A stretch of 64,000 bases of DNA from Candidatus Brocadia sp. (GCA_021463795.1 JAJTXE010000003.1:553364-617363); one strand, 5' to 3'. Shown: positions 1 through 10,170, counted from the stretch's first letter. Notes: generated by a model from the letters alone, not told the origin. Numbers and translations: made by a program.

Positions 1-198
1 AAACGCCTCTGGCAGGAGATTGTCCACTTCCTCTCCGATGGCCAATCGCCCTTTAAATTTATCTGTCATCTGGCGGAGTTCCGCATCTGTTAATGCCATC
101 ATCTTGGGTTCAAGAGAGTTGGTATATTCTACTATGGGTATTATCTTCTTTATCATCCTCTCATTGGATGTCCCAAATATTTTCGCTAGAAAGCTCAT
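1..198 (-). CDS. secA: preprotein translocase ATPase SecA, first 66 codons (gene runs off the left edge)
   Basis: Not in the ORF track. Minus-strand translation from the ATG at 198-196 gives MSFLAKIFGTSNERMIKKIIPIVEYTNSLEPKMMALTDAELRQMTDKFKGRLAIGEEVDNLLPEAF. This is the canonical SecA N-terminus (FG..NeR block, ...LLPEAF). Confidence 0.85.
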   Translation of the reverse strand, partial: MSFLAKIFGTSNERMIKKIIPIVEYTNSLEPKMMALTDAELRQMTDKFKGRLAIGEEVDNLLPEAF

Positions 199-403
199 AG
201 GTAATTATGCCTTTTGTGCGTCTTTAATGTAGAGAAAATGGAGTAATTTTTGTACCCGTTGCGATACACCAAATCACCTCCCGGGGCTTTTAAATAGATA
301 TTACAGAAAATTTTCAAAGCCAAAAAATACGAAAAATACGTTGCTATTTTAAGCAAATAACGACATCCATGTCAAGGTTATGTTTGGGTACAAGATGAAA
401 AAA

Positions 404-439
404 GAAGGCTGTTGAGCTATTTTTTGTTCAACAGCCTTC
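404..439 (-). terminator. rho-independent terminator downstream of fhs
   Basis: Perfect 12-bp stem GAAGGCTGTTGA / TCAACAGCCTTC with a 12-nt loop. On the minus strand it is followed by TTTTTCATC. It lies 50 nt after the fhs stop. Confidence 0.6.
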
Positions 440-489
440 CCTGAACGACAGTTTCTGTGCTTACCGGCTACCAGCGTTTTGAGCCCGGA

Positions 490-2253
490 CTAGAATACCC
501 CCTTTACCTTTCCCGTATTCACATCAACATCCACACGCCGGAATGCAGGATCAGAGCTTGTTCCCGGCATGAGCTTAATATCTCCTGCCATTGGCACAAC
601 AAATCCCGCTCCCTTGAAAACAAGGATGTCACGGATACGTAATCTCCACCCCTTCGGCGCCCCTTTTAATTGTGGGTTGTCGGTAATGGAGAGGTGGGTT
701 TTTACCATGCACGTCCCCAGTTTTGATATGTCCGGATCGTTTTCCAATGCCTTAACCTTTGTCAAAGCATCGGGAGTAAAATCAACTCCATCCGCTCCAT
801 ACACTTGCTCCGCAATCATCTCAATACGTGTCCTCAAAGGAACGTTTAATTCATAGAGAAATTTAAAATTATTCGGTTGATTGCAAGCATCAACTACCGC
901 ATCAGCCAGTTCCAATGCGCCTTCGCCGCCTTTAAGCCAGTGCTGGGACAGGGCGACCCGGGCGCCTGCTTTTTCTGCCAGTTTGCGGACTGCTTTTACT
1001 TCTGCATCGGTATCCGTATAGAAGTGATTAATACAAACGACCGGATTAATGCCTGCCTTCTTTACCGTATTAATATGATGGATAAGATTTTCTACCCCCT
1101 TTTCTACCCATCCGACGTTTTCTTCTTTATAGCATGGGTCCAAAGGACGCCCGGGTACCGGAACGGGGGCGCCGCCATGGCATTTCAGCGCGCGGATCGT
1201 GGCAACAACTACGGCAGCATTGGCACGATGCCCTGAGTAACGGCACTTTAAGTTCCAGAACTTTTCAAATCCGATATCTGCCCCGAATCCCGATTCAGTA
1301 ACAACATAGTCGCCCAGTTTTAAGGCAATTCTGTCTGCAATAATCGATGACTGACCGATAGCAATATTGGCAAAAGGTCCAGCATGAACGAATACCGGCT
1401 GCCCTTCTATGGTTTGCATCAGGTTCGGATTAATAGCCTCCACCATCCAGGCGGTCATGGCGCCGGCAACTTCGAGGTCGCTCGTTGTTACTGGCCTGCC
1501 TTTTTTATCGTAAGCAACAACCATCTTGCCGATCCGTTCTCTCATATCTTTTAAATCTTTCGCTACCGAAAGAATTGCCATGATCTCAGAAGACACGGCT
1601 ATTGCAAAGCCGGACTCCATCATGAAACCGTCCATCCTGCCCCCGATGCCGACAATGATTTTCCTCAGCGCCTGGGCACAAAAGTCGATAATCCACTTAA
1701 TTTCTATCCGGTCTGTGTCGATGTCGAGACGTTTTAAATTACTTTTTGCAAGCCTTTCATCATCGTAATTAAATTCATGCTGTATCCTGGAAGTAAGTGC
1801 AACCATAGCCAGATTGTGAGCATTCATAATGGCATTAATATCCCCTGTTAGCCCAAGAGAGAAAGGGGTTAAGGGGATACACTGGGAGAGCCCACCGCCT
1901 GCGGCAGATCCTTTAATGTTCATCGTTGGCCCGCCTGATGGCTGCCGGATCGTACCGATAACCTTTTTCCCCCGTTTTCCCAATCCCTGAACTAATCCTA
2001 TAGTTGTTGTGGATTTTCCCTCACCAAGGGGAGTCGGGGTTATCGCAGTCACATCAATAAATTTTCCATCCGGCTTATTCTCTACCCGTTTTAAAACCTT
2101 GCTGAAATCAACCTTTGCCACATAGTGTCCATGGGGCAGGAGTTCTTCTTTCTGGAGTCCTAATTGTTCGGCCAACTGATACACCGTCTTCATTCTTGTT
2201 TCAGCATCTTCTGCTATTTCCCAATCTGCATGCTTGGTGGGATCCAATGCCAT
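490..2253 (-). CDS. fhs: formate--tetrahydrofolate ligase
   Basis: 587 aa. Contains ...[21 protein letters not shown]... (the FTHFS P-loop block) and a C-terminal end ...GKVKGVF. Looks like a full-length FTHFS throughout. Confidence 0.97.
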   Translation of the reverse strand: MALDPTKHADWEIAEDAETRMKTVYQLAEQLGLQKEELLPHGHYVAKVDFSKVLKRVENKPDGKFIDVTAITPTPLGEGKSTTTIGLVQGLGKRGKKVIGTIRQPSGGPTMNIKGSAAGGGLSQCIPLTPFSLGLTGDINAIMNAHNLAMVALTSRIQHEFNYDDERLAKSNLKRLDIDTDRIEIKWIIDFCAQALRKIIVGIGGRMDGFMMESGFAIAVSSEIMAILSVAKDLKDMRERIGKMVVAYDKKGRPVTTSDLEVAGAMTAWMVEAINPNLMQTIEGQPVFVHAGPFANIAIGQSSIIADRIALKLGDYVVTESGFGADIGFEKFWNLKCRYSGHRANAAVVVATIRALKCHGGAPVPVPGRPLDPCYKEENVGWVEKGVENLIHHINTVKKAGINPVVCINHFYTDTDAEVKAVRKLAEKAGARVALSQHWLKGGEGALELADAVVDACNQPNNFKFLYELNVPLRTRIEMIAEQVYGADGVDFTPDALTKVKALENDPDISKLGTCMVKTHLSITDNPQLKGAPKGWRLRIRDILVFKGAGFVVPMAGDIKLMPGTSSDPAFRRVDVDVNTGKVKGVF

Positions 2254-2370
2254 ATTTTTGCCTCCCAGAATTATGATTATTATAAATTAAAATACAAATT
2301 CATCAATATTACCGTTGTCAGATATTAAAAAGCATATATATTAATTAGACCGGCACTAGAGAATTTTGCG

Positions 2371-2398
2371 ATTATACCCGCAAAACTTTCAAGGTCAA
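2371..2398 (-). promoter_or_regulatory. sigma70-type promoter for fhs
   Basis: Minus strand reads TTGACC, a 16-nt spacer, then TATAAT (plus-strand ggtcaa at 2393-2398, attata at 2371-2376). It sits ~110 nt upstream of the fhs ATG, which has a GGGAGG Shine-Dalgarno sequence. Confidence 0.5.
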
Positions 2399-2450
2399 GA
2401 AAAATGATTCTGAAATATCAAGGTTTTTGCAAATATATTTAAAATTTTTA

Positions 2451-2478
2451 TTGACAAGGGCTTTTAGAAATATACAAT
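2451..2478 (+). promoter_or_regulatory. sigma70-type promoter, divergent from the fhs promoter
   Basis: TTGACA (2451-2456), a 16-nt spacer, then TACAAT (2473-2478). Next downstream are a strong hairpin (2510-2549) and then the porin gene ~410 nt away. Confidence 0.5.
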
Positions 2479-2509
2479 GTTCAGTCAAATGAGGCGGACA
2501 GGCCAACAA

Positions 2510-2549
2510 GTGCCTGATAACAGCCATCTTGCTGTTAGATTTCAGGCAC
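2510..2549 (+). other. two-tier RNA hairpin ~30 nt downstream of the predicted TSS (sRNA, attenuator or 5'-UTR element candidate)
   Basis: GTGCCTGA-TAACAGC-catctt-GCTGTTA-gatt-TCAGGCAC, followed by TTTAAT. Seen directly in the sequence; function unknown. Confidence 0.3.
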
Positions 2550-2889
2550 TTTAATGCTGCGATAGTATAATATTGTGTTTAAATATGTAAGGTATGATTT
2601 TCCACACTAGTATCTTCAGCCTTGAGTTTTTTGTCTAGTAACTCATCTCAACAGCATTGGTTAGAACTTTTTATATCTTTTCCAGTTCAGTGAGAGTAAA
2701 TATTTCATTTACAACACACTTATTTTAGGTATTATTTTTGCCTATTTTTATCTCAGTTGCGTGAGAAAGGAGGGCTGAAACATCTCTAAATGATATGGTT
2801 TGTTGATGTTGTTCCTTTATATTCCCTGGAAAGCTCGTGAATTTAATTAGGTAGGTCCTTTTATGATTGAGAAAAGGAGGTAGTTTTTG

Positions 2890-4149
2890 ATGAAAAAGAT
2901 ATACCATTGGGGGTTGGCGGGGATCATATGCAGTGCCATGGCCGGTTTCACTGCGCCGATTTTTGCTGCAGAAGAAACTGTACCACCTGTATTAACCTCG
3001 GAAGACGAAGCAAAGATAGGCGCTTTCTTCGAAAAGGAAGAAGATGTAGGCAAGATGTTCAATTTCTTCAAGAGTGTAGAAGTAAGTGGATTTATTGATA
3101 CGTATTATAGTTATAACTTCTCAAAGCCTGATGACCAGCGGGGATCTGCCGGAGGATTTACCCGGGACGCTGCACAGGGAGACTGGATAGATGTGAGGGC
3201 ATTCGACAGGGAAAACAATTCTTTTACCTTAGATAATATTGAAATCTCGGTCTTTAAGCCATCAACAGAAGAGGATCCGATCGGATTTGGCTTTACGACA
3301 AACTATGGTGAGATTGCCCAGCGGATAACTTTCGTACCGAGCGATGGCAGGGTAGACGATGATGATTTTACGGTAAGCCAGGGGTTTGTAACATACAAAG
3401 CACCTGTGGGAAAGGGTCTGGATTTTAAATTCGGCAAATTCGCCACGTGGATCGGCGCAGAACTTTGGGAAAGCGTGGACAATCCCAACTTCTCACGCTC
3501 ACTCCTCTATCAAAATGCAATCCCATTTACGAACACCGGTCTGGCGGTGAGTTATCCCCTCCTGGATCAGTTAACGACCACCTTTTATCTGGTAAACGGA
3601 TGGGATACCTTTGTAGATAATAATGACAGCAAGACATTAGGATATCAGTTTAACTGGAAGGTAAGCGAAAACACGAGCTTTATTGTAAATGGCAGTCATG
3701 GTGCGGAACAAGATGAAGACATTGTGTCAGATGCCGATGGGAATCTCAGGCATTTCTGGGATCTGATTCTGGCATTAAAACCCTTCGAAAAGACGGCATT
3801 TAACCTCAACTTTGATTTTGGAACGGAAGAGGATGGCAAAGGGGCAACTGGCGGATTCACACCTGGGTCAGGTAATGGTAAATGGTGGGGATTCTCCGGT
3901 ATTGTAAGCCAGGACATCACGGATTATTTTGGATTAGCCTTGAGGGGTGAATATTTCGACGATCATGATGGGGCAAGAATAGGAGTTTCAGCCCTGCGCC
4001 TGTGGGAAATTACCCTTACCGCTAATTTTAAGATCAGGGAAAACCTTCTGGTCAGACCTGAAATCCGTTACGATGAAGGAAGCGAGGATATATTCAATGG
4101 TCATAATGATCAACTTACTACGGCAATTGACGTAGCGTATCTGTTCTAA
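2890..4149 (+). CDS. outer-membrane beta-barrel porin-like protein with signal peptide
   Basis: AGGAGG lies 9 nt before the ATG at 2890 (the track starts at a TTG at 2887). Signal peptide MKKIYHWGLAGIICSAMAGFTAPIFAAEE. Alternating amphipathic beta-strand pattern. The C-terminal ...DVAYLF ends in an aromatic residue, typical of OMPs. Resembles OmpL/bbp2-type porins (from memory, not searched). Confidence 0.7.
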   Translation: MKKIYHWGLAGIICSAMAGFTAPIFAAEETVPPVLTSEDEAKIGAFFEKEEDVGKMFNFFKSVEVSGFIDTYYSYNFSKPDDQRGSAGGFTRDAAQGDWIDVRAFDRENNSFTLDNIEISVFKPSTEEDPIGFGFTTNYGEIAQRITFVPSDGRVDDDDFTVSQGFVTYKAPVGKGLDFKFGKFATWIGAELWESVDNPNFSRSLLYQNAIPFTNTGLAVSYPLLDQLTTTFYLVNGWDTFVDNNDSKTLGYQFNWKVSENTSFIVNGSHGAEQDEDIVSDADGNLRHFWDLILALKPFEKTAFNLNFDFGTEEDGKGATGGFTPGSGNGKWWGFSGIVSQDITDYFGLALRGEYFDDHDGARIGVSALRLWEITLTANFKIRENLLVRPEIRYDEGSEDIFNGHNDQLTTAIDVAYLF

Positions 4150-4220
4150 TTATTTTAATTTCAGTGAAAGTAATTTTGGCATTTTTAAGGTAAACGCCAA
4201 AATGGTATAATCCCCCTATA

Positions 4221-6395
4221 TTGATTACGAAAGTAAGGTATAGGGGGATTTTTATTGGTATGAGATTATCGATCAACACCGCCATTCTCATCTACATATC
4301 ATTGTTTTCCGCAGTCCTTTTTGTAAACGCCATCAGCGGTAATTTTGTCTATGACGACTTTAAGGTTGTCGTTGAAAATTCCTTTGTTAAGGAGTGGAGA
4401 CATCTTCCAAAGGTTTTCACGAAGGATTATTTTTCTCTCTCCGGGGAAATAAGTTACCGCCCTCTGGCTACCCTCTCATACTTTGCTGATTATGCCATCT
4501 GGCATAAAAATCCCCTTGGATTTCACATCACGAACGTCGTTCTGCATACCATGAATAGCGTGTTGTTTTATCTTTTCCTCCGTGCCCTTGTGCCTAACAA
4601 CAAGATCGTCCTCCTGTCACTTTTGTTTTTTATCACCCACCCTGTTCTCGTAGAGACCGTGAACGCCATTGGCTATCGGGAAGACCTCCTGTGTGCAACC
4701 TTTTTCCTCGTTTCGTTTATTTATTTTATAAAATCTGACACACTTGTTTATCGGAAAAGCAATCAGATAACCCGATTCACCGTTTATTACACCATTTCTC
4801 TTGTCTCTTATCTCTGTGCCCTTTTTTCAAAAGAAATGGCAATAACCCTCCCTCTCCTGTTGATGGTATTTACGGTTTTTTTTCATCAAAGGCCCTGGTC
4901 GTCACTTACGAAAAGAGGTAAAGGAATTTATACAGGATACCTTGCGATTTCCCTGCTCTACCTCATCATTCGGTTTATAGTATTCAGCAACCCTGCATTA
5001 CACTCCGTCTATCAACCAGGCGGCTTTTTGGTCAACCTCTTTACGATGATAAAGATTCTGGCATCGTACATCAGACTATCGTTCTTTCCGCTGCATCTTA
5101 ATGCAGACTATCTGGTCCCTCTGGTAACACGTCCCTGGGAAGGGTCATTCATTCTTGCCATAACCTTCTTAATCTCAATTTTTGTCATATTTGCGGTCAT
5201 ATGCAGAACGAGGAATATGCTTGCTGCCTGGATCTCGTGGTTTTTTATCACGCTTTTACCCGTCATGAATATCATTCCGATAGACAATATTATGGCAGAG
5301 AGGTATCTTTATATGCCGATAATGGGATTTTGTGTGGCAAAAGGAATCCTAATTTACCGGATCACCGACCGCACCCTATCTCCACGCGCCATCCCATTGA
5401 GACAGATAGTGCAACGGGTCCTGGTTATCCTCATGATTGGGGGATATGGATTTACGATCATCCGGAAGAATGGAAATTGGCGGGATGAACTTACGCTGTG
5501 GACGAAAACCATCGCCGACTCCCAGAACAGCCATCGCGCCCACTGCAATTTAGGAAATGTATATCTGGAAAGAGGCTTTATTGAAAAGGCTCACAGGGAA
5601 TACCAGCTTGCAGCAGCACTCAATCCCAACAATGCATCTATTCACAGCAACCTCGGCAATCTCTACACAAAAGAGGGGCAGATTGATAAGGCATTCCAGG
5701 AATATCAGACCGCTGTCCTTATCGGCAAAAATTATGCACAATCTCACAACAATCTTGGCAATATCTATTTCAACCAGGGCGCTCCTGATAAGGCAAGGAT
5801 TGAATATGAAGAGGCCATCAGGATACAACCTGACTATGCACCGGCCCATAATGGCCTTGGCAATGTTTACAACGACGCTGGTGACCTCGACCAGGCAATG
5901 GAAGAATTTAAACAAGCCCTTGCTTACGACGGCACGTACATTCCTGCCCTGATCAGTTTGGGTGTGAATTCTGCAAAAAGAGGACAGTTAAACGAAGCCG
6001 TTGTTGCATTCAAAAAAGCTATAAAATTAGATACCCATCAACCTCAAGGTCATTACAACCTGGGACTTGCCTATGAAAAATTAGGGAAACACCGTGAGGC
6101 AGTTGATGAATATAATGCGGTAATCCGATTAGATCCCAAAAACCTCAATGGCCATTATGCACTTGGAAGTTTGTATCAGAACTTGGGCTTAACAGATAAA
6201 GCTATAGAAGCATTCCGGAAAACGGTTTCCCTGAACCCCAACATGACGCATGGATATAAAAACCTTGTTTTTTTATACCTTAACAACAAAAATGACAAGA
6301 AAATGGCTAACCATTATCTGAAGGAATTGTTAAAAAAAGACCCTGCACAGGCACAAGAAGAAGATATTAAACAGGCCTTCGGGCGTTTAAAATGA
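4221..6395 (+). CDS. multi-pass membrane glycosyltransferase-like (PMT/TMTC-like) protein with a C-terminal TPR array
   Basis: The N-terminal ~420 aa has many hydrophobic helices (the FVYDDFKVVVEN... motif is typical of TMTC/DUF1736-type proteins). The C-terminal ~300 aa has at least 8 TPR repeats (recurring NLGN.Y...G..D.A...Y..A....P). The true start may be the ATG at 4260 (MRLSINTA...). Confidence 0.75.
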   Translation: MITKVRYRGIFIGMRLSINTAILIYISLFSAVLFVNAISGNFVYDDFKVVVENSFVKEWRHLPKVFTKDYFSLSGEISYRPLATLSYFADYAIWHKNPLGFHITNVVLHTMNSVLFYLFLRALVPNNKIVLLSLLFFITHPVLVETVNAIGYREDLLCATFFLVSFIYFIKSDTLVYRKSNQITRFTVYYTISLVSYLCALFSKEMAITLPLLLMVFTVFFHQRPWSSLTKRGKGIYTGYLAISLLYLIIRFIVFSNPALHSVYQPGGFLVNLFTMIKILASYIRLSFFPLHLNADYLVPLVTRPWEGSFILAITFLISIFVIFAVICRTRNMLAAWISWFFITLLPVMNIIPIDNIMAERYLYMPIMGFCVAKGILIYRITDRTLSPRAIPLRQIVQRVLVILMIGGYGFTIIRKNGNWRDELTLWTKTIADSQNSHRAHCNLGNVYLERGFIEKAHREYQLAAALNPNNASIHSNLGNLYTKEGQIDKAFQEYQTAVLIGKNYAQSHNNLGNIYFNQGAPDKARIEYEEAIRIQPDYAPAHNGLGNVYNDAGDLDQAMEEFKQALAYDGTYIPALISLGVNSAKRGQLNEAVVAFKKAIKLDTHQPQGHYNLGLAYEKLGKHREAVDEYNAVIRLDPKNLNGHYALGSLYQNLGLTDKAIEAFRKTVSLNPNMTHGYKNLVFLYLNNKNDKKMANHYLKELLKKDPAQAQEEDIKQAFGRLK

Positions 6396-6409
6396 AGGGG
6401 GAAAGGAAA

Positions 6410-6483
6410 TGGGCCCACAAGGATTCGAACCTTGGACACGCGGATTATGAGTCCGCTGCTCTAACCAGCTGAGCTATGGGCCC
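6410..6483 (-). tRNA. tRNA with CAT anticodon, probably tRNA-Ile2 (lysidine) rather than elongator Met; not an initiator
   Basis: Minus-strand cloverleaf: GGGCCCA TA GCTC AGCTGGTTA GAGC A GCGGA CTCATAA TCCGC GTGTC CAAGG TTCGAAT CCTTG TGGGCCC A. G1:C72 rules out an initiator. C4:G69 and C5:G68 match E. coli tRNA-Ile2 and not tRNA-Met. No encoded CCA. Confidence 0.95.
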
Positions 6484-6592
6484 GTGTATGATAAGGGCAC
6501 ATTATAGCAAGACCTTATCCTTTTTCAATTTCATTTTTTGTAACAATTTAGTTTTTTGAAAATCCCAATAATAGCGATGTTTACCATACCGT

Positions 6593-6664
6593 GTAGGGGC
6601 GAAGCATTTGCTGTGATTGGCACAAACATGTCCATACCCAAGCGGGCAAATGCTTTGCCCCTAC
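6593..6664. repeat. long imperfect palindrome (GTAGGGGCGAAGCATTTGC-type REP/MITE-like element)
   Basis: 19-nt arms GTAGGGGCGAAGCATTTGC (6593-6611) and GCAAATGCTTTGCCCCTAC (6646-6664), with one mismatch and a 34-nt loop. Lies between the tRNA and the addB-like stop codon. Confidence 0.7.
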
Positions 6665-6700
6665 TTTTTCAAAAAACTAAAGTGTTACCATTTTTTAAGT

Positions 6701-9700
6701 TCATGGCTTATTGGACTTCTTGCGAACATTCAGATTTATAATTTCCCGGTATTTCTTCAGCCGTGCATCCTGTCCCAGCCGGAACCGGAGCGGTTGATTA
6801 CCCCTTCGGCACGTAGTGGAAAATTCACACCACTCACATTTCCTGGTATCTTCTGCCGGTGATACCGGGAAAATACCCGCACGAATGATTTTTAGAAATT
6901 CCCACAAGGTCTCCCAGTATCGTTCTTTGCAGTTCATCCATTCTTCACTGTTAATGGTCTTTCTTGGTGGAGACCCCTGTACCGCTTTTTCTTCTGTTTC
7001 TGCAACATAGACAAAGGATGCCTCGTCCAGCCTGGTGTGACCTTTGGGAATACGACCTTTCTTCATTTCTTCTGATAGTATCTGTTCTGCCATAATGGCA
7101 TACAAGGGGAGTTGGAGTTTTTGCCCACGGATGACTGATCTCATGAGGTTTTCTTTCAAAAATCTTCCAGATTTGTAATCAATTACCCGAAAACTCGCTA
7201 TGTCTCCGGTTTGTTTCATGTCTATGCGGTCGATCTTTCCCTTCAGCGCCATCTTTAAAGCCTCTCCCTGTTGAGAATCTCCGAAAATTACGTTGTTTTG
7301 CGTACTCAACGTTACCGTTTTTTCAAGATAGGCAGGCACATAGCCAGTCTTCCCGATCTGTTCAAAGTCCCATGTTACGAATCTTGTAAGAAGGGCGGCT
7401 ATCTCCTCTTTTTCTATTTCCCAGATAATCGGGTAAGGAATCGGCGTCTGTTGTTCTATCGCTGTGAAATATTTTTTGGCAACTTCATGGAGAAGCTTGA
7501 TAGGCGCTTGTTCTCTTGTTTTTGCAGTAAAATATCCTTTCCCTATTAAGGCATGATAAAAATCCCTCAATATATTGTGATAAAGGATTCCCAGATCCAC
7601 AGCAGTTACCATCTCAGCCACTTCTGGTTCTGCCAGGGATTCCAATTCAAGGATTTTACTCATAAAAAACTTGAAAGGACACATCCCGAATGTCTCTAAG
7701 GTAGTAGGACTAAGACCCCGTCTTGTCTGCTTATTCCACCAGGCGGACACATCGCCAACGATCCCGTCGTATGGCGTTAAGTGTGGATTGCAGCTTTCGA
7801 TAGAACGAAGAGCCGATTGTCGGCGGACAAAGGCATCCCGGTTACCTCCGAAGGTTTTCATAAAGCAGATGGGGTCTATCCGGTCGAACGCCATCCGGAT
7901 ACTCACCTCCTTTGGTGTAAGCAGCGATATTTCTAGTTTACAGAGTTTTTCTTTAATACTGCGCGGAACGTAAATTTCGTGCACCAGACTTTCGCCCGGT
8001 TCCTTTGTGAACGGAGACGTCCCTTTTGTCGTTTGAATGATATCCATAAGGTAATGGGACTGAACCTTCGGTTTTCCCGTTTCGTCCGAACGTTCGTAAA
8101 GCAGGTAGAGCCGTTCTCTTGCTGCATTTAACAGGAAGGTGAAGAGCAATCGCTCTTCATCAAATCCCCGAAGCTTTTCAGGGATAACGTTTCCCAATAC
8201 CTCGGATAGCCTGCGACGAACGTGGTCCCGCAGGAAGGGTTCTTCAGAGATGGCACGGGGAAACGCTTTTTCATTAAGACCCAGGACAAACAAGGCACGA
8301 AAGGGAATGCCACGGGCCGACATGGCATCCAGCACCTTCACACCTCTGCCATTTTTCAACCCGATGGGCAACGCCTCCTGCCGGCACGCATCTATAAAGA
8401 TATCAAGAAACTGGTTTAAAGTTACCTCTTCTCCCAGACAGTCAAGGGAGCAGAGGGAGAACAACAATTCCCGTATCTTATCCAGTATCAGGAGATCCCT
8501 TTCTGTAACCTCCGGGTTCATACCTTCTGAAGGAACCTGAATATAATCCTGAAACAAGCGGATTGTCTCTGTACTCATCGTCTTCCATGACGCCTTTTCA
8601 GGAAGCAGCGATACGTCATTTGATAAGGAGCGCAGGATATTTTTTAATAATTCGATTTGGTCTCCAGGGATGTGAATATGTCTTGCTGTCCCTTCTTCAT
8701 CTGATAAGAATTCTTCATTGCCCTTATCAACGAATTCTGGCAACACTGCCTTCGCTTGCTCAAGCCTTGTAAACCAGCAGGCGATACCGCCATGAATGCC
8801 CAGTCTTCTGCTCAGGATGTCCCAGAGATCGGGGCGTGGGATAACGCCTTCGGGATCGCATGACGGCATTCTAAAGTAGGGTGATTCAAGCAATTCAATG
8901 ACCATCGGGCGGCAAAAATCTTCTCTCTTCATCTGAAGAACTTGCAGGATGACCTTTACCAGTGGATACTTCCCAATGGGCTCCTGTGCGCTGGTTGCAA
9001 ATGGGATTGCATTTTCCTGAAATATTTTTTTGATGGCATCGGTGTAGGGATCAACCGACCGCGCAACCACGCCAATCTCCTCCATCGTATACCCTTCATC
9101 TGTAAGTTTCAGGATCTCCTTAGCAACTGCCCAGACCTCATCTCTTTTGCCGGAGACATTGATAATAATGGGTTTCGGGTTTCCGGTTTCGGGTGGTGAG
9201 CTGTCAGTTGTACTTTCTGCGTTTAACTTATGCCCTGCAACCCGCAACCCGCAATCAGAAGCAGAAATATCTTCAGATTTAGGGTTCGTTAGGTATGAAA
9301 ATCCATAATCGCGGTCCGCAGGCAATTCCTCTACATCATGCGCTATGCCCAGCACGAACGATTCGTAGAAAGGCTTTACGTAGGCAAAGGCGGGGTGTTT
9401 TTTCTGATAAGGTAGAAATAGTGTCGTTGGGTAATGCCTGAATATTTCTCCAAAAAAATCCTGTTCAACCCCGGTAAGGTCATAAAATCCGTATGCCAGA
9501 ATCTGTTGAAAACCCCTCAGAAATGTGGAATCAGGTACGCATGCCGTAGCCATACGATAAACGTCAGAATAGTGTGATATATGGAGTGTGTTTAATCTCT
9601 GCCTGAACGTATCAAAGAGATGCATGATTCCGTAAGGCTTTTGTATCTCCATACCCTCAACAAAACCTTCCCGCACGGCCTCCTGCATGACATCAGGGTG

Positions 9701-10102
9701 AACATTTGCATCAATAAGATCCTGGATAACCCGGAATAAGGCTTTGGAGAGGGCAGGCAGAGACTGGACATTTTTAAACCGTGGTTCTTGTGGCGCCTGC
9801 TGTTTTAGTAATCCCGCAATGATGCCTTCATAAATAACTGGCTGTTGAATAATCTGGCCTGTGGCAACTCCTGACAGCCTGCATATCTCCTTTGCAAGGG
9901 CGGAGAAGTTCAGAAATGAGACATTCATGAATGAGGCATCATTTCCCAGAACGATTCGTTCCTGGAGCCGGTGTAGCATCCAGTTTGTGGGTGCCACTAC
10001 GGCAAGGGATGCTAAAGGGTCATCCCTTTTTAATATCTGTATTGTTCCTGCGAATGAGTCTTCAAGGGATGGATGATAGTGCCCTATCTTAACGGATAAC
10101 AT
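6701..10102 (-). CDS. AddB-like helicase-nuclease subunit (PD-(D/E)XK nuclease with Fe-S cluster, degenerate helicase domain)
   Basis: 1133 aa. The N-terminal UvrD-like region has no Walker A (…LAVVAPTNWM…). The C-terminal nuclease motifs are RVIDYKSG and QLQLPLYA. AddB-type Fe-S cysteines are present (FGMCPFKFF ... CEWCEFSTTC). Confidence 0.8.
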   Translation of the reverse strand: MLSVKIGHYHPSLEDSFAGTIQILKRDDPLASLAVVAPTNWMLHRLQERIVLGNDASFMNVSFLNFSALAKEICRLSGVATGQIIQQPVIYEGIIAGLLKQQAPQEPRFKNVQSLPALSKALFRVIQDLIDANVHPDVMQEAVREGFVEGMEIQKPYGIMHLFDTFRQRLNTLHISHYSDVYRMATACVPDSTFLRGFQQILAYGFYDLTGVEQDFFGEIFRHYPTTLFLPYQKKHPAFAYVKPFYESFVLGIAHDVEELPADRDYGFSYLTNPKSEDISASDCGLRVAGHKLNAESTTDSSPPETGNPKPIIINVSGKRDEVWAVAKEILKLTDEGYTMEEIGVVARSVDPYTDAIKKIFQENAIPFATSAQEPIGKYPLVKVILQVLQMKREDFCRPMVIELLESPYFRMPSCDPEGVIPRPDLWDILSRRLGIHGGIACWFTRLEQAKAVLPEFVDKGNEEFLSDEEGTARHIHIPGDQIELLKNILRSLSNDVSLLPEKASWKTMSTETIRLFQDYIQVPSEGMNPEVTERDLLILDKIRELLFSLCSLDCLGEEVTLNQFLDIFIDACRQEALPIGLKNGRGVKVLDAMSARGIPFRALFVLGLNEKAFPRAISEEPFLRDHVRRRLSEVLGNVIPEKLRGFDEERLLFTFLLNAARERLYLLYERSDETGKPKVQSHYLMDIIQTTKGTSPFTKEPGESLVHEIYVPRSIKEKLCKLEISLLTPKEVSIRMAFDRIDPICFMKTFGGNRDAFVRRQSALRSIESCNPHLTPYDGIVGDVSAWWNKQTRRGLSPTTLETFGMCPFKFFMSKILELESLAEPEVAEMVTAVDLGILYHNILRDFYHALIGKGYFTAKTREQAPIKLLHEVAKKYFTAIEQQTPIPYPIIWEIEKEEIAALLTRFVTWDFEQIGKTGYVPAYLEKTVTLSTQNNVIFGDSQQGEALKMALKGKIDRIDMKQTGDIASFRVIDYKSGRFLKENLMRSVIRGQKLQLPLYAIMAEQILSEEMKKGRIPKGHTRLDEASFVYVAETEEKAVQGSPPRKTINSEEWMNCKERYWETLWEFLKIIRAGIFPVSPAEDTRKCEWCEFSTTCRRGNQPLRFRLGQDARLKKYREIINLNVRKKSNKP

Positions 10103-10170
10103 TGTTATGTACTGTAAAAGCTTCTTTGTTTTAATGGTATAGGATTTTTACCTGAAAATAATAGCACACT

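Noticed and set aside
20-232. 70-codon plus-strand ORF at the left edge.
   Set aside because: It is antisense to the unmistakable SecA N-terminus on the minus strand.
2254-2370. Possible ZTP or THF riboswitch in the fhs 5' UTR, since these commonly regulate folate and one-carbon genes.
   Set aside because: The ~110-nt leader is very A+T-rich and shows none of the conserved GGGTCGTGAC / CCGGGCGCCTGGGC-type blocks as I remember them.
6556-6862. Small plus-strand ORFs (61 and 81 codons) next to the tRNA.
   Set aside because: They are translations of the palindromic repeat arms (…CRGEAFA…/…NALPLL…) and of the antisense addB-like 3' end.
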